DNA of 64,000 bases from Octopus sinensis (GCF_006345805.1 NC_043006.1:69006001-69070000), one strand, 5' to 3'. Positions 1-13,351 are shown, counted from the stretch's first letter. Notes: generated by a model from the sequence alone, not told the origin. A program made the numbers and translations.

Positions 1-562
1 CACCACCGTTTTCTCAGAATAATTTTAAAGCCATTCTTTGGGGTCCACAATTCGCCACTCCAAAGCGGTATTCTTTGTTGCCATTTTTTAAAAATCAAAT
101 AAAAATAAAATGTTCCAAAAACCAGAAAGTCCAAAATGTTCAAATAAAAGTCAATAACAAAACACAAAGAAAGAACAGAAAGACAGACGAGAGGAAAAAG
201 AGTGAAGGAAGACAGTTAAGCTGGCAATAAAATTACACAGGTAATCCACAATTCGCAGTTCTCCGTCGCATCACAAAAATTAAATTCTTACTGTCTTCGC
301 ACTCCTTGCCTCAATGGTAAATACAAAGGTAATTCCCGGGCACGAACACAGCCAAAAAAAAAAAAAAGACAATTTTCACAAACAAAATGTTTCCGGAGGG
401 AATACGCCTCCCAAAAACACAATTCTCACTGCAAAGTGAGTCTTTTCGCAGGACTACAAGCAGGCAAATGTCTGGAACAGAGTGGAGACTATTGCTCAAC
501 AAAAAATATTAATTACAGAACAACAAACTCCAGTAAGCTCCCAAAGAAAACAAACGCCTTAC

Positions 563-640
563 CTGTAGTCGTGCCTCAATTTTTCTATATTTCACGTCGA
601 AAGACGTGACTTCCAAGCAGCGTGAAAAAACGCGAACTCT
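563..640 (-). promoter_or_regulatory. Candidate non-coding first exon / promoter region of a minus-strand gene leaving the window
   Basis: Strong donor CAG|GTAAGG on the minus strand (exon end 563). Surrounding 1-650 is unique and CpG-retaining; no ATG. The 5' boundary is a guess. Confidence 0.25.
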
Positions 641-1261
641 TCTGTAGTGATGTAAGCAAACTACTTACCACACAGCCACTCCTGGACTCACACACACACA
701 CACACATGCAGGCACACACACACATGCAGGCACACACAAATATATGTGTTTGAGTGTTCTAGTTTATAAGAAGCATTGTGAAATATCGTCAACGTATTTT
801 AGAGAGCCAGTGCAGTACGAGATACAGTAGTGGAAACAAATGCAAAGGGAAAAAACAGTCTACGCCTTTACTTGTTATATCAATAATTCGGTTTAAAAGT
901 TCCTTCATCAAAAAGCATGCGGTTATATTTGGTTTGCAAAATATGAGGAAGGATGTGAGATTGAGATATTACAACGTGCCGTGCATAGTGGAATAATACC
1001 ACATTAGGGAATTTTAATAGAGGTATTTCATACATTAATAAAAAAAATATCCTTGTTAGTCGTCAAATTTACAATTTTCTGCTCTGACGTTTGATAGTAA
1101 CTGTAATATCGTGGACATGTTATCTCTCAAGATGTCTGTAACAAATAATAACAAGAACATTTCTATCAATTTGCTATTTAATGTGGATGGGCAGTTTACG
1201 AATGCTGTTTCCTACATAAATAAAACCTCATTTGTAATACGTATGCAATATAATGGTATAA

Positions 1262-1925
1262 TGGTGATTTGCTGTTGGTGATGGTAGTAGTGGTTGTGTT
1301 GGTGGTGGTGAAACTCAGCTTTTTATCGTATGGTGGCGTTTGTGACTGTGACGGGGTTGTGGTTCATGTCGAAGGCGTTAGCGATTGTGTTGGTGGTGGT
1401 GTTAGTGGTTGTCTTGACTGAGGTAGTAGTAGCAGCGGTAGCCGCAGCTGCTTCAATAATATTAGTAGTGTAGTTGGTAGTGGTGTTGTTGTTGGTGGTG
1501 GTGAAGGTGCTGAGAATAGTAGTGGCAGTTTGGGTGGTAGTGCTGGTGGTAGTGACTGTGCTTATATTCGTGTTGTTATTGTTTTTTATGATAGAGCTTT
1601 AGTCGTAGTAGAGGTGGTGGTGGCAATTCTGGTAGTGTTGATGGAGGTAGTTGTGTCGGTAGTGTTGATGGTGGAGGTGTGGTAGTGGTGGTGGTGGTGA
1701 TGGTGGTGGAGATGATGATGGTGACGTTGACGGTGGGGGTGATGGTGGTATGGTGGTGTTATGGTAGTAGTGATGGTGGTAGTGGTGGTGTGGCGGTGGT
1801 GTGATGGTGGTGTGATTGTGGTGGCGTAGGGATGGTAATGGTGGTGTGGTGATGATGGTTTTAGTGGAGGTAGTGGTGGTGATGGTCTTAGTGGTGGTGA
1901 TGAGTGTGGTAGTGGTGGTGATAAT
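1262..1925. repeat. Degenerate (GGT/AGT)n low-complexity tract
   Basis: Direct reading; explains ORF 1586..2047. Confidence 0.9.
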
Positions 1926-2173
1926 GTAACATCAATGAAAAATGATGTGACTACCGAAGTAATGAGAATGTTGACAGATTGTCCAGTGAAAGCGAGATCG
2001 ATTCCCAGTCGGGGCGAAATGAGGTGTTTTATTATCTGAGGTAACATTTATCAATCTAAACTGTAGCATACAGAACTAGACACGACACTAGATGGCGCCA
2101 CTGTGTCTGTTAGGTGTGTAGACATCTTGGATTAGAAGTAGGGAAGATTACTGCTGACATCATTCGTAGAGAA

Positions 2174-2383
2174 TGAGTACCGCCACCACCACCATCACCA
2201 CCACCAACCCTTCTACCACAGTCTTCACGGCTACTATCACCGTTACTGGCATCACTATATCAACCACTATTATAACCACCACCACCACCACCACCATCAC
2301 TACCATCCCACCATTAACGCAGATGCAGCCTCACTACGACTATCATTATCACAGTCCACTTCAATCTACCATCATCACCACTG

Positions 2384-2417
<34 letters not shown>

Positions 2418-2486
2418 TATCATCGTCATCGTCGTGATCATCATCATCATCATCATTATCATCATTTCTACTGCCAGGACACCACA

Positions 2487-2532
<46 letters not shown>
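2174..2532. repeat. (CAC)n/(CAT)n/(CA)n microsatellites
   Basis: Direct reading. Confidence 0.9.
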
Positions 2533-2536
<4 letters not shown>

Positions 2537-2542
2537 TAAAAT

Positions 2543-2742
2543 ACATATTCTTTTATTCTTTTACCTGTTTCAGTCATTTGACTGCGGTCATGCTGGAGCA
2601 CCGCCTTTAGCGAACAAATCATCCCCAGGACTTATTCTTTGTAAGCCTACTACTTATTCTATCAGTCTCTTTTGCCGAACCACTACTTTACGAGGGCGTA
2701 AACACACCAACATCGGTTGTCAAGCGATGGTGGGGGGCAAGC
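2543..2742 (-). mobile_element. SINE family A, 3' half
   Basis: Matches other copies: ttcagtcatttgactgcggtcatgctggagcaccgcc...catcggttgtcaagcgatg. Confidence 0.85.
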
Positions 2743-2845
2743 ACGCACACATACACACTCACACACACACACATATAATGAAAAACAATAGGGATTTGGA
2801 ATCCGGTCAGCTCGCACACATACACACACACCATACACACATACA

Positions 2846-2888
<43 letters not shown>

Positions 2889-2892
2889 CTAT

Positions 2893-2945
<53 letters not shown>

Positions 2946-3168
2946 GAAAAACAATAGGGATTTGGAATCCGGTCAGGTATCTTATTAGCAATTTAATATA
3001 ATCCAGATCTGGCAAACCACATCGAATGATAGGGAACATAGAGAATTGTTTAAGATAAGCAGTCACCCGGTACTTCACTTAACAGGCAAATCCTAAGTTC
3101 ACTTCACTGGATACTATACGGCATACAGAGTATGTAATCAAGACGTCATAAAGATGATGTCCTGACTA

Positions 3169-3537
3169 TGCGGAGGCGCAATGGCCAAGTGCTTAGGGCA
3201 GCGGACTCGCGGTCGTAGGATCGCGGTTTCGATTCCCAGACCGGGCGTTGTGAGAGTTTATTCAGCGAAAACGCCTAAAAGCTCCATGAGGCTCCGGCAG
3301 GGGATTATAGCGAATCCTGCTGTACTCTTTCACCATTACTTTCTCTCGCTCTTTCTTCCTGTTTCTGTTGTACCCGTATTTCGAAGGATCAGCCTTGTCA
3401 CACTCTGTGTCACGCTGAACCTCTCCCGAGAACACATGTCTGTGGAGTGCTCAGCCACTTGCACGTTAATTTCACGAGCAGGCTGTTCCGTTGATTGGAT
3501 CAACTGGAATCCCCGTCGTCGTAACCGACGGAGTGCC
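3169..3537 (+). mobile_element. SINE family B, near full length (tRNA-derived head)
   Basis: Head with A-box-like TGGCCAAGTG and B-box-like GTTTCGATTCC; body and tail (cgtcgtcgtaaccgacggagtgcc) shared with 24126-24885 and 59114-59492. Confidence 0.85.
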
Positions 3538-3989
3538 ATAGAGATATATGATGCAAAATAGTTCATAGAAAGGGAGTTACAAAGCATTTTGAACAAGAAT
3601 CTATCATATCTTTAGGCTGACCAATGCCTTTGTTTAGTAAGTGAAAATGGAAGGCGGAAACTGTGCAAGAGCCTGTAAGTGATGTAAGTCAGTATAAATA
3701 TGTGCCCGCCCAACCAATTACTTTATTCATTAAATTCCAGTTTAATCGGAATATACAGTATCTGAAAGTTAATTAGAGAAAATTTCTTTAAAAAAATATT
3801 CATCTTCCTTAAAATTATCAGGAAATAAAATAGACTCACTTGAATCCGCTACTTCCTCTCACAAACATGTTTTCGCAACAAATTCCGATAGGATCGTAAT
3901 CTACACCATCTGAAAAGTATTTATATAAAATCTCTGTCAGTCTATCTGTCTGCCTGTCTGTCTGTTTGCCTGTCTGTCTGTCTGCCTGC

Positions 3990-4021
<32 letters not shown>

Positions 4022-4115
4022 TTCCCTCTCACACTCTATATATGTGACCGCGTGTGTACCGTTGGCGATTTTTTTTTCCTCCGTCTTCCCTTCTTTGGAT
4101 CTTTCCTTTTCTTAT

Positions 4116-4150
4116 GTTTCTGACGTAGAGCTCCGCTCGAAACGTTAAAC
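4116..4150 (+). ncRNA. Minimal hammerhead ribozyme motif (A9U lesion) in a Penelope-like repeat (about 4030-4252)
   Basis: gttt-CUGACGU-a-gagc/ucc/gcuc-GAAAC-GUU^-aaac. Stem I gttt/aaac, stem II gagc/gcuc. Same family as 43345. Confidence 0.6.
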
Positions 4151-4249
4151 CCTCCTTCTTTCCTTCTTTCCTGAGCGTCCAATAATACTATACTTGTTCC
4201 ACATCCTCGCGTTGTTGTGTTTTCTCTTTGTGTTTTCATGTTTGGATTA

Positions 4250-4286
<37 letters not shown>

Positions 4287-4287
4287 G

Positions 4288-4353
<66 letters not shown>

Positions 4354-5056
4354 AATAAATGTTTTTATATATAAAGAACGTGAAATACAGGAAGGGACGA
4401 ACACGGAACACAGACAAATCATTCGAAGCCTTCAATCTTCAGTCAGACACCGAATCATCATAGCAAATTTCGGCTGTTCAATTCTGATATTTGCTCCAAC
4501 TCGGCCAGCCCCAGAAAAAAACTAAGCTATAAGCATTAGATTTCTTGGTAGAAGACAGGAATGTGAACGCACGAGACGGATGTAAATACAAGAGACGAAA
4601 ACGAAATTGAAAACAGTAATGGATAAACAAAATATAACGATGGTTGTCTTACGACTTTAGACCAAATGAGACAAAAACAACAACAACATAGCAGCTGGCG
4701 TAGTAGAAATATTACCGTTTCGGTAGAGGGGACACATGTTGGTCGAGATACGATCGCCAACAGAATGGTTAAGAAGCAGCAGGTTGCAGGAGAGAGAGAG
4801 AAAGAGAGACAGGGAATCAAAGAGGGTGGAAGGCAGGGGACAGAATCAGTGACCAAGAGAAAAGGAGAAAGAAGGGATTAAGGAGGATGGGAGGAAGAGG
4901 GGGGAAGAATCGGAGGGCGCCTAAATAGTTTGGTAAAGAAGCAATGGCGGGTAGGAAAGACAAAGTGTATAGAAGTCGTGCAGGGTTTAAAATTGGACAA
5001 ACAAACGGGGCTAAACTGGCAATATGACCATTCCGAAATATAACAATATATATATA

Positions 5057-5403
5057 CAGTGTACATTTAAACACATAAGAGATGGCCATAATAGGACATC
5101 TGACCCGCTAGGAGTAGTTAAACTCCAAACCACTATTAGGGGTAATTTCGAAAGGGAATGAAAAATAAAACCCTAATTTACCATCTATTTCCTATAGCAT
5201 GGTTTCAAGCTATCTTCAGTAAATAAAATAATTTGCTAGGCGCAGTTCTCATCAGCAAGAAAGCCAAGGAAATATATGGTAAATGTTTTTATTTTTCATT
5301 CCTTTTCGAAAATACCACTAATAGTGTTTTGAAGTTTAACTACTCCTTCTAGCGGGTCAGATGTCCTATTATGGCCATCTCTTATGTGTTTAAATGTACA
5401 CTG
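5057..5403. mobile_element. Tc1-type MITE, 347 bp, TIRs about 112 bp
   Basis: TA|CAGTGTACATTTAAACACATAAGAG ... CTCTTATGTGTTTAAATGTACACTG|TA; arms 5057-5168 and 5290-5403. Confidence 0.9.
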
Positions 5404-5511
5404 TATTTTTATATGAATAATATATAGTCTATTCATTAGTTTTTATTCTCGCTAGACCACTGGGAGCAAAAAATTTCTAGAATTTTTTGCTATCCTGAAA
5501 TTTATTAGTAA

Positions 5512-5553
<42 letters not shown>

Positions 5554-5934
5554 CTTTTGGAAACGGTGAACCTCGAAGCAGTTAAAGCAATAAATAACAG
5601 TATGTAAACATTGGGCTAAAAAAACCCTTAGGATAGAAAAAGTCGAAGGCTGTCCGTGGGACTCGAACCTACGAGGCTATTTCGAATGGTTTCGCTCTGC
5701 TTACTTTGCAATTAGTAGAGATCTTGGAAAGACAACGCTAGAAACAACAGCCAACTTCTTCAACTGACGTGCTGCAGCTTGATGCCTTCTTATTGGTTTT
5801 CTTCTTCTTCTGGGGAAAAAGGCTCTCAATCTTTGCTACAAGTAGTTTTCCTGCCCTGTATCACTGTCCAAAATATCTCTTCCTCATTCTCTTAATGAAG
5901 AATAACAGCGGAATAGCTTTGTATATAACCATGA

Positions 5935-6035
5935 GGGCATGTGGCCAAGTGGATAAGATATTGCACGCATAATCGTAAGATCATGGGTACGATTCCTAGA
6001 CTGGATGGTGCACCGTGTTTTTGAGCAGAGTACAA
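5935..6035 (+). mobile_element. Degenerate tRNA-derived SINE head
   Basis: A-box-like TGGCCAAGTGG and B-box-like GGTACGATTCC; no intact cloverleaf. Confidence 0.45.
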
Positions 6036-6324
6036 ACATTTGATCACTAGTAACAAATTATCAGTGTAGGTTGTTCCGCGAGAAATGACAGAACCGTCTT
6101 TCTAGGATCAAGAGGCTAATACTAACTAATTAAATAACTAATTAATTGGCCTCGTATGCATAATTCCAGAATAGCCTTGTATTTCGCTAATATCATGAGG
6201 ATGTTGGTTTTCGTGTTGACATCACTAGACAACATATCCGCGCTGTACTACAAATCTGATTACAAACGTCAGGTCAACATCAGTTATATCCCCTTCAAAT
6301 AACAGCTTCAAACCTTAGAACAGG

Positions 6325-7222
6325 ACCAGTGGTTTTTGAGTGGAGGGAGTCAATTATATCGATCCGAAGTACTTCCTTGGTACTTATTTTATCGACGCCA
6401 AAAAGATGAAAGACAAAGTCGACATCGAAGGAATTTGAACTAAGAACGTAAAGACGGACGATATGCCGCTAAGCATTTTCTCCGATGCGCTAACGATTCT
6501 GCCACCTCACCACCTTAGTTACCTAGAAATATTGCAACGGAATGTCACTAAAAGAATTGATTGAGAATTCTGTCAAGAATAATGAGCCAATGTAACCACG
6601 AAGAGAAGAAATTAATAAATAAAAAAACTAAATATACACTAATATTCTGGTAAATATTGGGTTGTCCAGAAAGTTCGTGCCGATTATTAAAGGAAAGAAA
6701 AAGGTCAATAAATACTTGCCATTACATTTTTAATCAACCAAATATGAACCATTTTGTTGCACAATGCGCCTCCATCATTGCTTTAATTTGAAAATGCCCT
6801 CTTCCCACAATTGAGGTGCCTGGGAGGGTAAGTCGAAAGATAAGCTACTATAAATCGGCACGAACTTTCCGGACAACTCAATATTTAAAACCGATCTCGG
6901 TGGATATTGAGCTCAGAGCGTAAAGGAGTGATGGAATACCGCTAAGCATTATTGTCCAGAGTGTTAACGGTTCCGCCAGCACACCGCTTTGAAATCCCCT
7001 TCAAATAATCCTTTCTACAATAGGCACAAGGCCTGAAGTTTTGGGGGAGTGGTTAGTTGATTACATCGATCCCAGAGCGTAACTGCTACTTATTTTATCG
7101 ACGCTGAATGAATGAACAGCAAAGGTCGACCTCGGCGTAATTTGAATTCAGAACGTGAAGACGGACAGAATAGCAATAAGTATTTCGCCCGACGTGCTAA
7201 CGGTTCTGCCATATCGCCGCCT
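6325..7222 (-). mobile_element. Cluster of three SINE family C copies (about 6325-6514, 6892-6990, 7012-7222) around a mariner MITE
   Basis: Repeated motif tacttattttatcgac...aaagtcgac...gaatttgaact.agaacgt...ctaacg.ttctgcca. Confidence 0.75.
6657..6881 (-). mobile_element. Mariner-derived MITE, 225 bp
   Basis: TA|TTGGGTTGTCCAGAAAGTTCGTGCCGATT ... AATCGGCACGAACTTTCCGGACAACTCAA|TA. Internal minus-strand WRRIVQQNGSYLVD* resembles a mariner transposase C-terminus. Confidence 0.9.
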
Positions 7223-7370
7223 TTATATCCACTTCGAAAGATAATTTTGACCTAGATATACTACATACGAAGGAAAGGACATGAGGGTCATGGCTGAGAC
7301 GTCATTGATCTTATTTCTCACCTGGAACTTTAATAAGGGCTGACCTCGGATTAAAATGCAACGGTCAAAT

Positions 7371-7443
<73 letters not shown>

Positions 7444-7444
7444 A

Positions 7445-7486
<42 letters not shown>

Positions 7487-7552
7487 GCTGCTGCTGTGCT
7501 GCTGCTGCTGCTACTACTACTACTATACTACTACTACAACTACTACTACTGT
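7371..7552. repeat. (TAC)n/(TGC)n microsatellite
   Basis: Direct reading. Confidence 0.95.
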
Positions 7553-8351
7553 AATGATGTTGGCAGTACATTGATAGGAGGTTAAGTGAGAGGTTGTGAC
7601 ATTCATCCATTGCTAACTTCATTTAAGAGTGAATGGTATGTAAAACTTGCCCAAGGCTCGACATCTTCCAATGCTATTGAGTTGGAAGCATGATTAATGG
7701 GAGATGTGTGTATGCTTTTATGTGAGAGTATGTGCATGTTTACGTGTGTTTATGTGAGTATATGTGATTGTGTGCGTGCATGAGTATGTGTGTGTGTATA
7801 TATATATACACACATACACTTGTGAGCATAGACACACAAATGTAAACACAAACACACACACGGAAATATGCATTTATAGGAACACATGCACACATACGTA
7901 CACACACATAGGCACATACACACACGCGCACACACACACAAAGCGACATGCACACACACGCGCACGCATGCACACACATACTAGCACACACGAGCGTTTA
8001 CATACTATCACACATACATGCACACACACACATAGCGACACACAAACGCACACACATGCACATGCATAGTTGCGCAGAAGCACACACACAGGAGCACACA
8101 CAGGAGCACACACATACGCACACGCACACACATGCACACACATATAGCAGTACACACACACATACGCATTCATTTGCATAAGCATACAAAGGCAGACATC
8201 TTGAGGATGTACGTTACGAAGAACTAGAGAACGGAAGTAGACGTGTGGCGCCATCTATGCGGTTGAATGGTTTACAATGGCAAAGATGGTCTGATTTAAG
8301 TTTAATGTGTGCTGCGTATGGTGTATATATATGTATATATCTATATAATAT

Positions 8352-8408
<57 letters not shown>

Positions 8409-8577
8409 AAGCATGTTTGTGAATGTGTGTGTATTGGAAGAATGCGTATGCAAGTGCTTGTGTTTGCGCATGCGTATGTCCAGCTATGAGTGTACATGCG
8501 CTGGTCTGTCCGTATGGGTGTGATTGTACGATTAGGAGCATGAATGTGTCTATGTCTGAGTGTGTGTGTGTGTGTGT

Positions 8578-8618
<41 letters not shown>

Positions 8619-8835
8619 ATGTGTGTTGTCTTTGAGAGTGATTGTTAGGCCTTTGGTAATTTATCACTATTGTCCTTGTAGTCGTTACAGAAACACCGAG
8701 AACTGCTGCTACTGCTGCTGCTGCTGCTGACACAGGCACATACTCAGAGACACGCATACACACGCACACTCATGCACGCACTCTCATACACGCACACCGT
8801 ATACATGCACACTCACACGCGCGCACATATGCATC

Positions 8836-8864
8836 GATAGATAGATAGATAGATAGATAGATAG

Positions 8865-8927
<63 letters not shown>

Positions 8928-9029
8928 GTAGATAGATAGGTAGATAGATAAGTAGATAAGTTTCTTTATTGGCCACACAGGGCTGCACAGATAGTAGATA
9001 GATAGGTAGATAGATAGGTATCGATAGAT

Positions 9030-9062
<33 letters not shown>

Positions 9063-9245
9063 GAGAGAGAGAGAGAGATTACAGACTGATAGATAGACAG
9101 ATAGGCACAAGATAGAGATAGATAAGTTCTTTATTGGCACAAGGCTGCACACAGATGGGACATCCTGTGTAGCCAATAAAGAAACTTATCTATCTATCTA
9201 TCTATCTTTCTGTCTGCCTATCTGTCTAGATAGATAGATAGATAA

Positions 9246-9314
<69 letters not shown>
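8836..9314. repeat. (GATA)n tract with strand flips and three short Tx1-like 3' termini (8960-8990 -, 9126-9154 -, 9164-9185 +)
   Basis: ctgtgtggccaataaagaaac followed by (tatc)n; similar to the 3' end of the Tx1-like LINE at 37635. Confidence 0.65.
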
Positions 9315-9315
<1 letters not shown>

Positions 9316-9441
9316 TACAATGTTATTCAGTCACGCTGTTCCAATCCTTTAGTTATATTTTATACCCGCTGCCGTCAGAGAATACTAATAAGTAAAGGGA
9401 TTAAATCTTCGCTCTATACTCTTTTATTGTCTGTAGCACGG

Positions 9442-9652
9442 AAGGCGGCGAGCGGCCAGAATCGTTAACGCGCTGGGCAAAATACTTATCGCCATCTTCG
9501 TCGCTTTTGACGTTCTGTGTTCAAATTCTTCCGTAGTCGACTTTGCCTTTCTTTCATCCTTTCGAGGATGGTAAAATATTTAGCAGTTGAACTCTGAGGT
9601 CGAGTTAATCGACTGACCCTCGCCCCCAAATTTTTACGCCTTGAGCCTATAA
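9442..9652 (+). mobile_element. SINE family C
   Basis: ggcggcgagc..cagaatcgttaacg...gttcaaattc...gtcgactttgcctt. Confidence 0.75.
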
Positions 9653-9768
9653 TAAAAAAATGATTATAAAATAGCACGGACCCGCAGGAACATGCGTAGA
9701 GACTCTTAATAAGCAGACAATTGCTAATCGAATTAGTTGAGTTGCTCTCTGTATTCAGGCAGTATGCA

Positions 9769-9803
<35 letters not shown>

Positions 9804-9814
9804 GTCTGTCTTTG

Positions 9815-10090
9815 TTTGTGAGGGGATTTGGTAAGCGGAAACTGAAAGAATTCTGTCGTATATATAAGTGTATGCGTTTGTGTCTGTGTTTGTCCCCTCA
9901 CCATCGCTTGTCAACCGATGTTGGTGTGTTTACGTCCCTGTAACATAGTGGTTTGACAAAAGTCCGATAGAATTAGAATAAGTACTATGCTTACTGGGAA
10001 TAAGTCCTGAGATAGATTTCTTCGACTAAATAACCCTTTACGGTAGTGCCTCAGCATGACTACAGTCAAATGACTGAAACAAATAAAAGA
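9815..10090 (+). mobile_element. SINE family A, 5'-truncated
   Basis: gatttggta..cggaaactgaaaga...agtcaaatgactgaaac. Confidence 0.8.
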
Positions 10091-10605
10091 ATATATATAT
10101 GTGTGTGTGTGTATGTATGTATGTATGTATGTATGAATGTATGTATGTATGTATATAAGCATGTGTATATGATTGTGTATGTACGTATTGATTACTGTTA
10201 GGGATACAGTATTTTGCTTTTGCAACCAAAATATATACTACAAAGTATATTAAATGCTTACAAGTTACTATTGTGTCTTAACTTGGGTTAGCAGTGCAGT
10301 GTATTCACTTTAAGTCTATGTCTATAGATTTCCTATAGAATTTAGAGCCAGCATTGTAATTTACTAAGTTTCGTAAACGAATACATCTAGAAAACAGAAG
10401 CAATCGAAGATAAAAAAAAAAAGGATAGGCAATGAGTGTATATGCATATTTCAAGAGTTATTCCACTTTTATCAGTACCACATCTGAACCGTTAACTATC
10501 CATGAACACATTGCTTAGATACCCACTATGTTTAGCCGTATAACGCTACTGAATTGACCGATTTTCATATTAAATACATTCCTGACAGCTGGTATGTAAA
10601 TATAA

Positions 10606-11075
10606 TTAGTAGTTAGTTAGTTATAGTTAGTTAGTTAGTTTAGTTAGTAGTTAGTTAGTTAGTTAGTTAGTAGTTAGTTAATTGGCTCAAAAGCAAATAG
10701 CAAGGCCATGTAGGGGGACATGGAGTTAAGTACAGGGTGGTGTTCATGTAAAGAGTTCAGGCCACTTGAGGTCCAGGGAGGCTTTGAACAAAGCGGTCGT
10801 CGGCATCTTCACCATCTCGTCTGGCAGCTTGTTCCACGGATCCGCAACCCGGACGGAGAAAGCTCCTCTCCTTCGATTGAGATGAAATCGTCGCAGGTAG
10901 AGCTTTTCGGAATGACCCCGCAGCCGACGCTCTGGAGCAGGAGTGAAGAACAGCTCTTTCGAGAGGTTACACTTTCCGCTTATGATGTTGTGGGCGAGAA
11001 TGAGATCACCACGGCGGCGGCGTTTTTCAAGAGAATAAAGGTCGAGCGTCCTCAGCCTTTCTTCGTAGGACAAGG
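10606..11075 (-). mobile_element. CR1-clade LINE, 5'-truncated 3' end with (TAAC)n tail
   Basis: ORF 10744..11073 SYEERLRTLDLYSLEKRRRRGDLI...RGHSEKL...FSVRVADPWNKLP is a typical CR1 ORF2 C-terminus; short 3' UTR; tail at 10606-10681. Confidence 0.92.
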
Positions 11076-12279
11076 ATTCAGTATTTCATTTTGCAACCAT
11101 AATACACTGCATGTACGTGTTCGCATGTTCGTCCATCGGAGTGACGAGGACCGTCTAATTATCCTATCCTTAAGGACGTCTGATGACTTGCACGGTGACT
11201 TTGTTTAAAGTAAACAATTCCACATCGTCAGCTTTCTCATGTGTGACCATTTTCAATCTAGTAGCAAGACAAATGTGGATGGGGACGGATGCAATGGATG
11301 ACCAAGGTGTCTTTTTGCCTCATCTTGCTCTCTGCAATCCCCAATGTGCAGCCGCAGCTGCCGTTATCCCCGTTGAACCATGAAAGTTTCTTCTGTAAGA
11401 CCTGCTGGATCCAGTCCTCATATGCATAGTAGGCAAGCCCTAATATATTAATTAACCAAAAGCTGAGACCCTTATGAGTGCTACTACTTCAGGTCAGAGT
11501 AGACTCGGGAACAATGATGGTTAAGCGGTGGTTCCACACTCTTCAGAAATTCTGGGATTTCCGAACCAGGCTTTCACTACCAAATGCAGTTTAAAGTCAT
11601 ACCCGAGACGAATACACACATGCCCGTACACATATATACACACACACATATATACACACATACATATATACACGCATAGACACGTTGTTTGGTGATCGGT
11701 TGAGTTTACAAAGGGAGAAAAACATATCCATCATAGAGTGTAGATTTCGTATATTTTATTAAAATATCTGAAAACTTTAGTTTGGGTTTCACGGTACCGA
11801 TTATTCAAACGACTGGAGTTGAGGAACACAACTATTCGGAAACTCATCGATAAATTAAATGGTTAGTCTTCGCGATTTCACTGGTTCCAGAAAGAATCGT
11901 TGGGAAACCTGCCACACATTTGGTTATTCAGCTATTATGCGTAGAACACGAAATATATTAAGTAATTCCGCGCAAAAATACGTAATATTTTCATGTCTTT
12001 AGGATCTTTTGTGTAAAACACATTAGGCTTATAAAACCGCACCGAAAGGTGTCCTGCAATTAAGTATATAATTCGATTATATCAACAATGAAAACGGTTA
12101 AGCGTTAAGTTAACTCGCGATGTTCTAAGTTCGAACCAGTCACGTTGCCTGCGACGTGAATTGACCTTCAATGATAAGTGATTATAAGGGAGGAGCACTT
12201 AAAATTTGTGAGCAATAATTGGTGACTTGATATTAAATTACTTGTTTGTTGTGAAATTGAGAAGGTTGGCGAATGAAGG

Positions 12280-12735
12280 ATGATGATGATGATAGTGGTG
12301 GTGGTAGTGGCGACGATGATAATGTGGTGGTGATGGGGGTAGTGTGATGATGGTAATGATGATGATGCTGGTGATGATTGTGGTGGTGGTGGTGGTTATG
12401 ATGATGATGATGATGAAGATGATGATGATAGTGACGATGATGATGACGATGATGATTATGGTAGTAGTAGTGGTGATGATGATGATGATGATGATGACGA
12501 TGATGACGGTGGTAGTGGTGGTGGTAGTGGTGATTGTGATGATGATGGTGATAATGATGATAGATACGATGGTGGTGGTGGTAGTAGTAGTGGTGATGAT
12601 GATGATGATGACGATGATGGTGGTGGTAGTAGCAGTGGTGATGATGATGATGACGATTGTAGTGTTGGGGGTGGGGGTGGGGTGGTAGTGGTGATGGTGA
12701 TGATGATGAAGCTATGGTGACGGTAGGGGTGATGG
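12280..12735. repeat. (GAT)n/(GGT)n low-complexity tract
   Basis: Direct reading. Confidence 0.9.
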
Positions 12736-13351
12736 TAGTGGAGATGTGAAATCTCAGATAATGACTGGTGATGACACTTAATATAAATAGAGCTACATCC
12801 CAAAGACTTAACCATTCTCTTCAGGGACAGAAGATATTTTAGACCTGATGATCTGAGCCATTTCACGTAAAACCACCAATGGAATATTGCTATTGCTCTA
12901 ATTTTTTGGGGGGACGTTGTTACTGCTCCTGCTGCTGTTGCTACATACACAAATATCAAAGACATCAAATCCAAAAGATATCCATTTGACTGTCTGGTAG
13001 AGTCCTACACACCATCATAATTTAGACACTGGTTTGAACTGCTTCGGTGACCTCTCCCTGTCTCTGTCTGTCTGTCTACCTGTCTGTCTCTCTGTCTCTC
13101 TCCCCCCTCTCTCTCTCTCTTCCCATTATATCTCTATTGCAGCGACCTCTGTTCCTCTGAACCTAGATCCATATTCCTCACCACAACAGCCAAACAAATA
13201 TATTCAGTTCTCTCCCTTTCATCCTCCCCACCTCCACCATCACTACTATTATATATGGGGGTGTGGTGGAGGTATATGGATTATATATATATATATATAT
13301 TATATATGTGTGTGTGTATATATGTATACGCACACACACACACCACACACA

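Noticed and set aside
10720-11208. 162-aa plus-strand ORF
   Set aside because: Antisense shadow of the CR1 ORF2 fragment.
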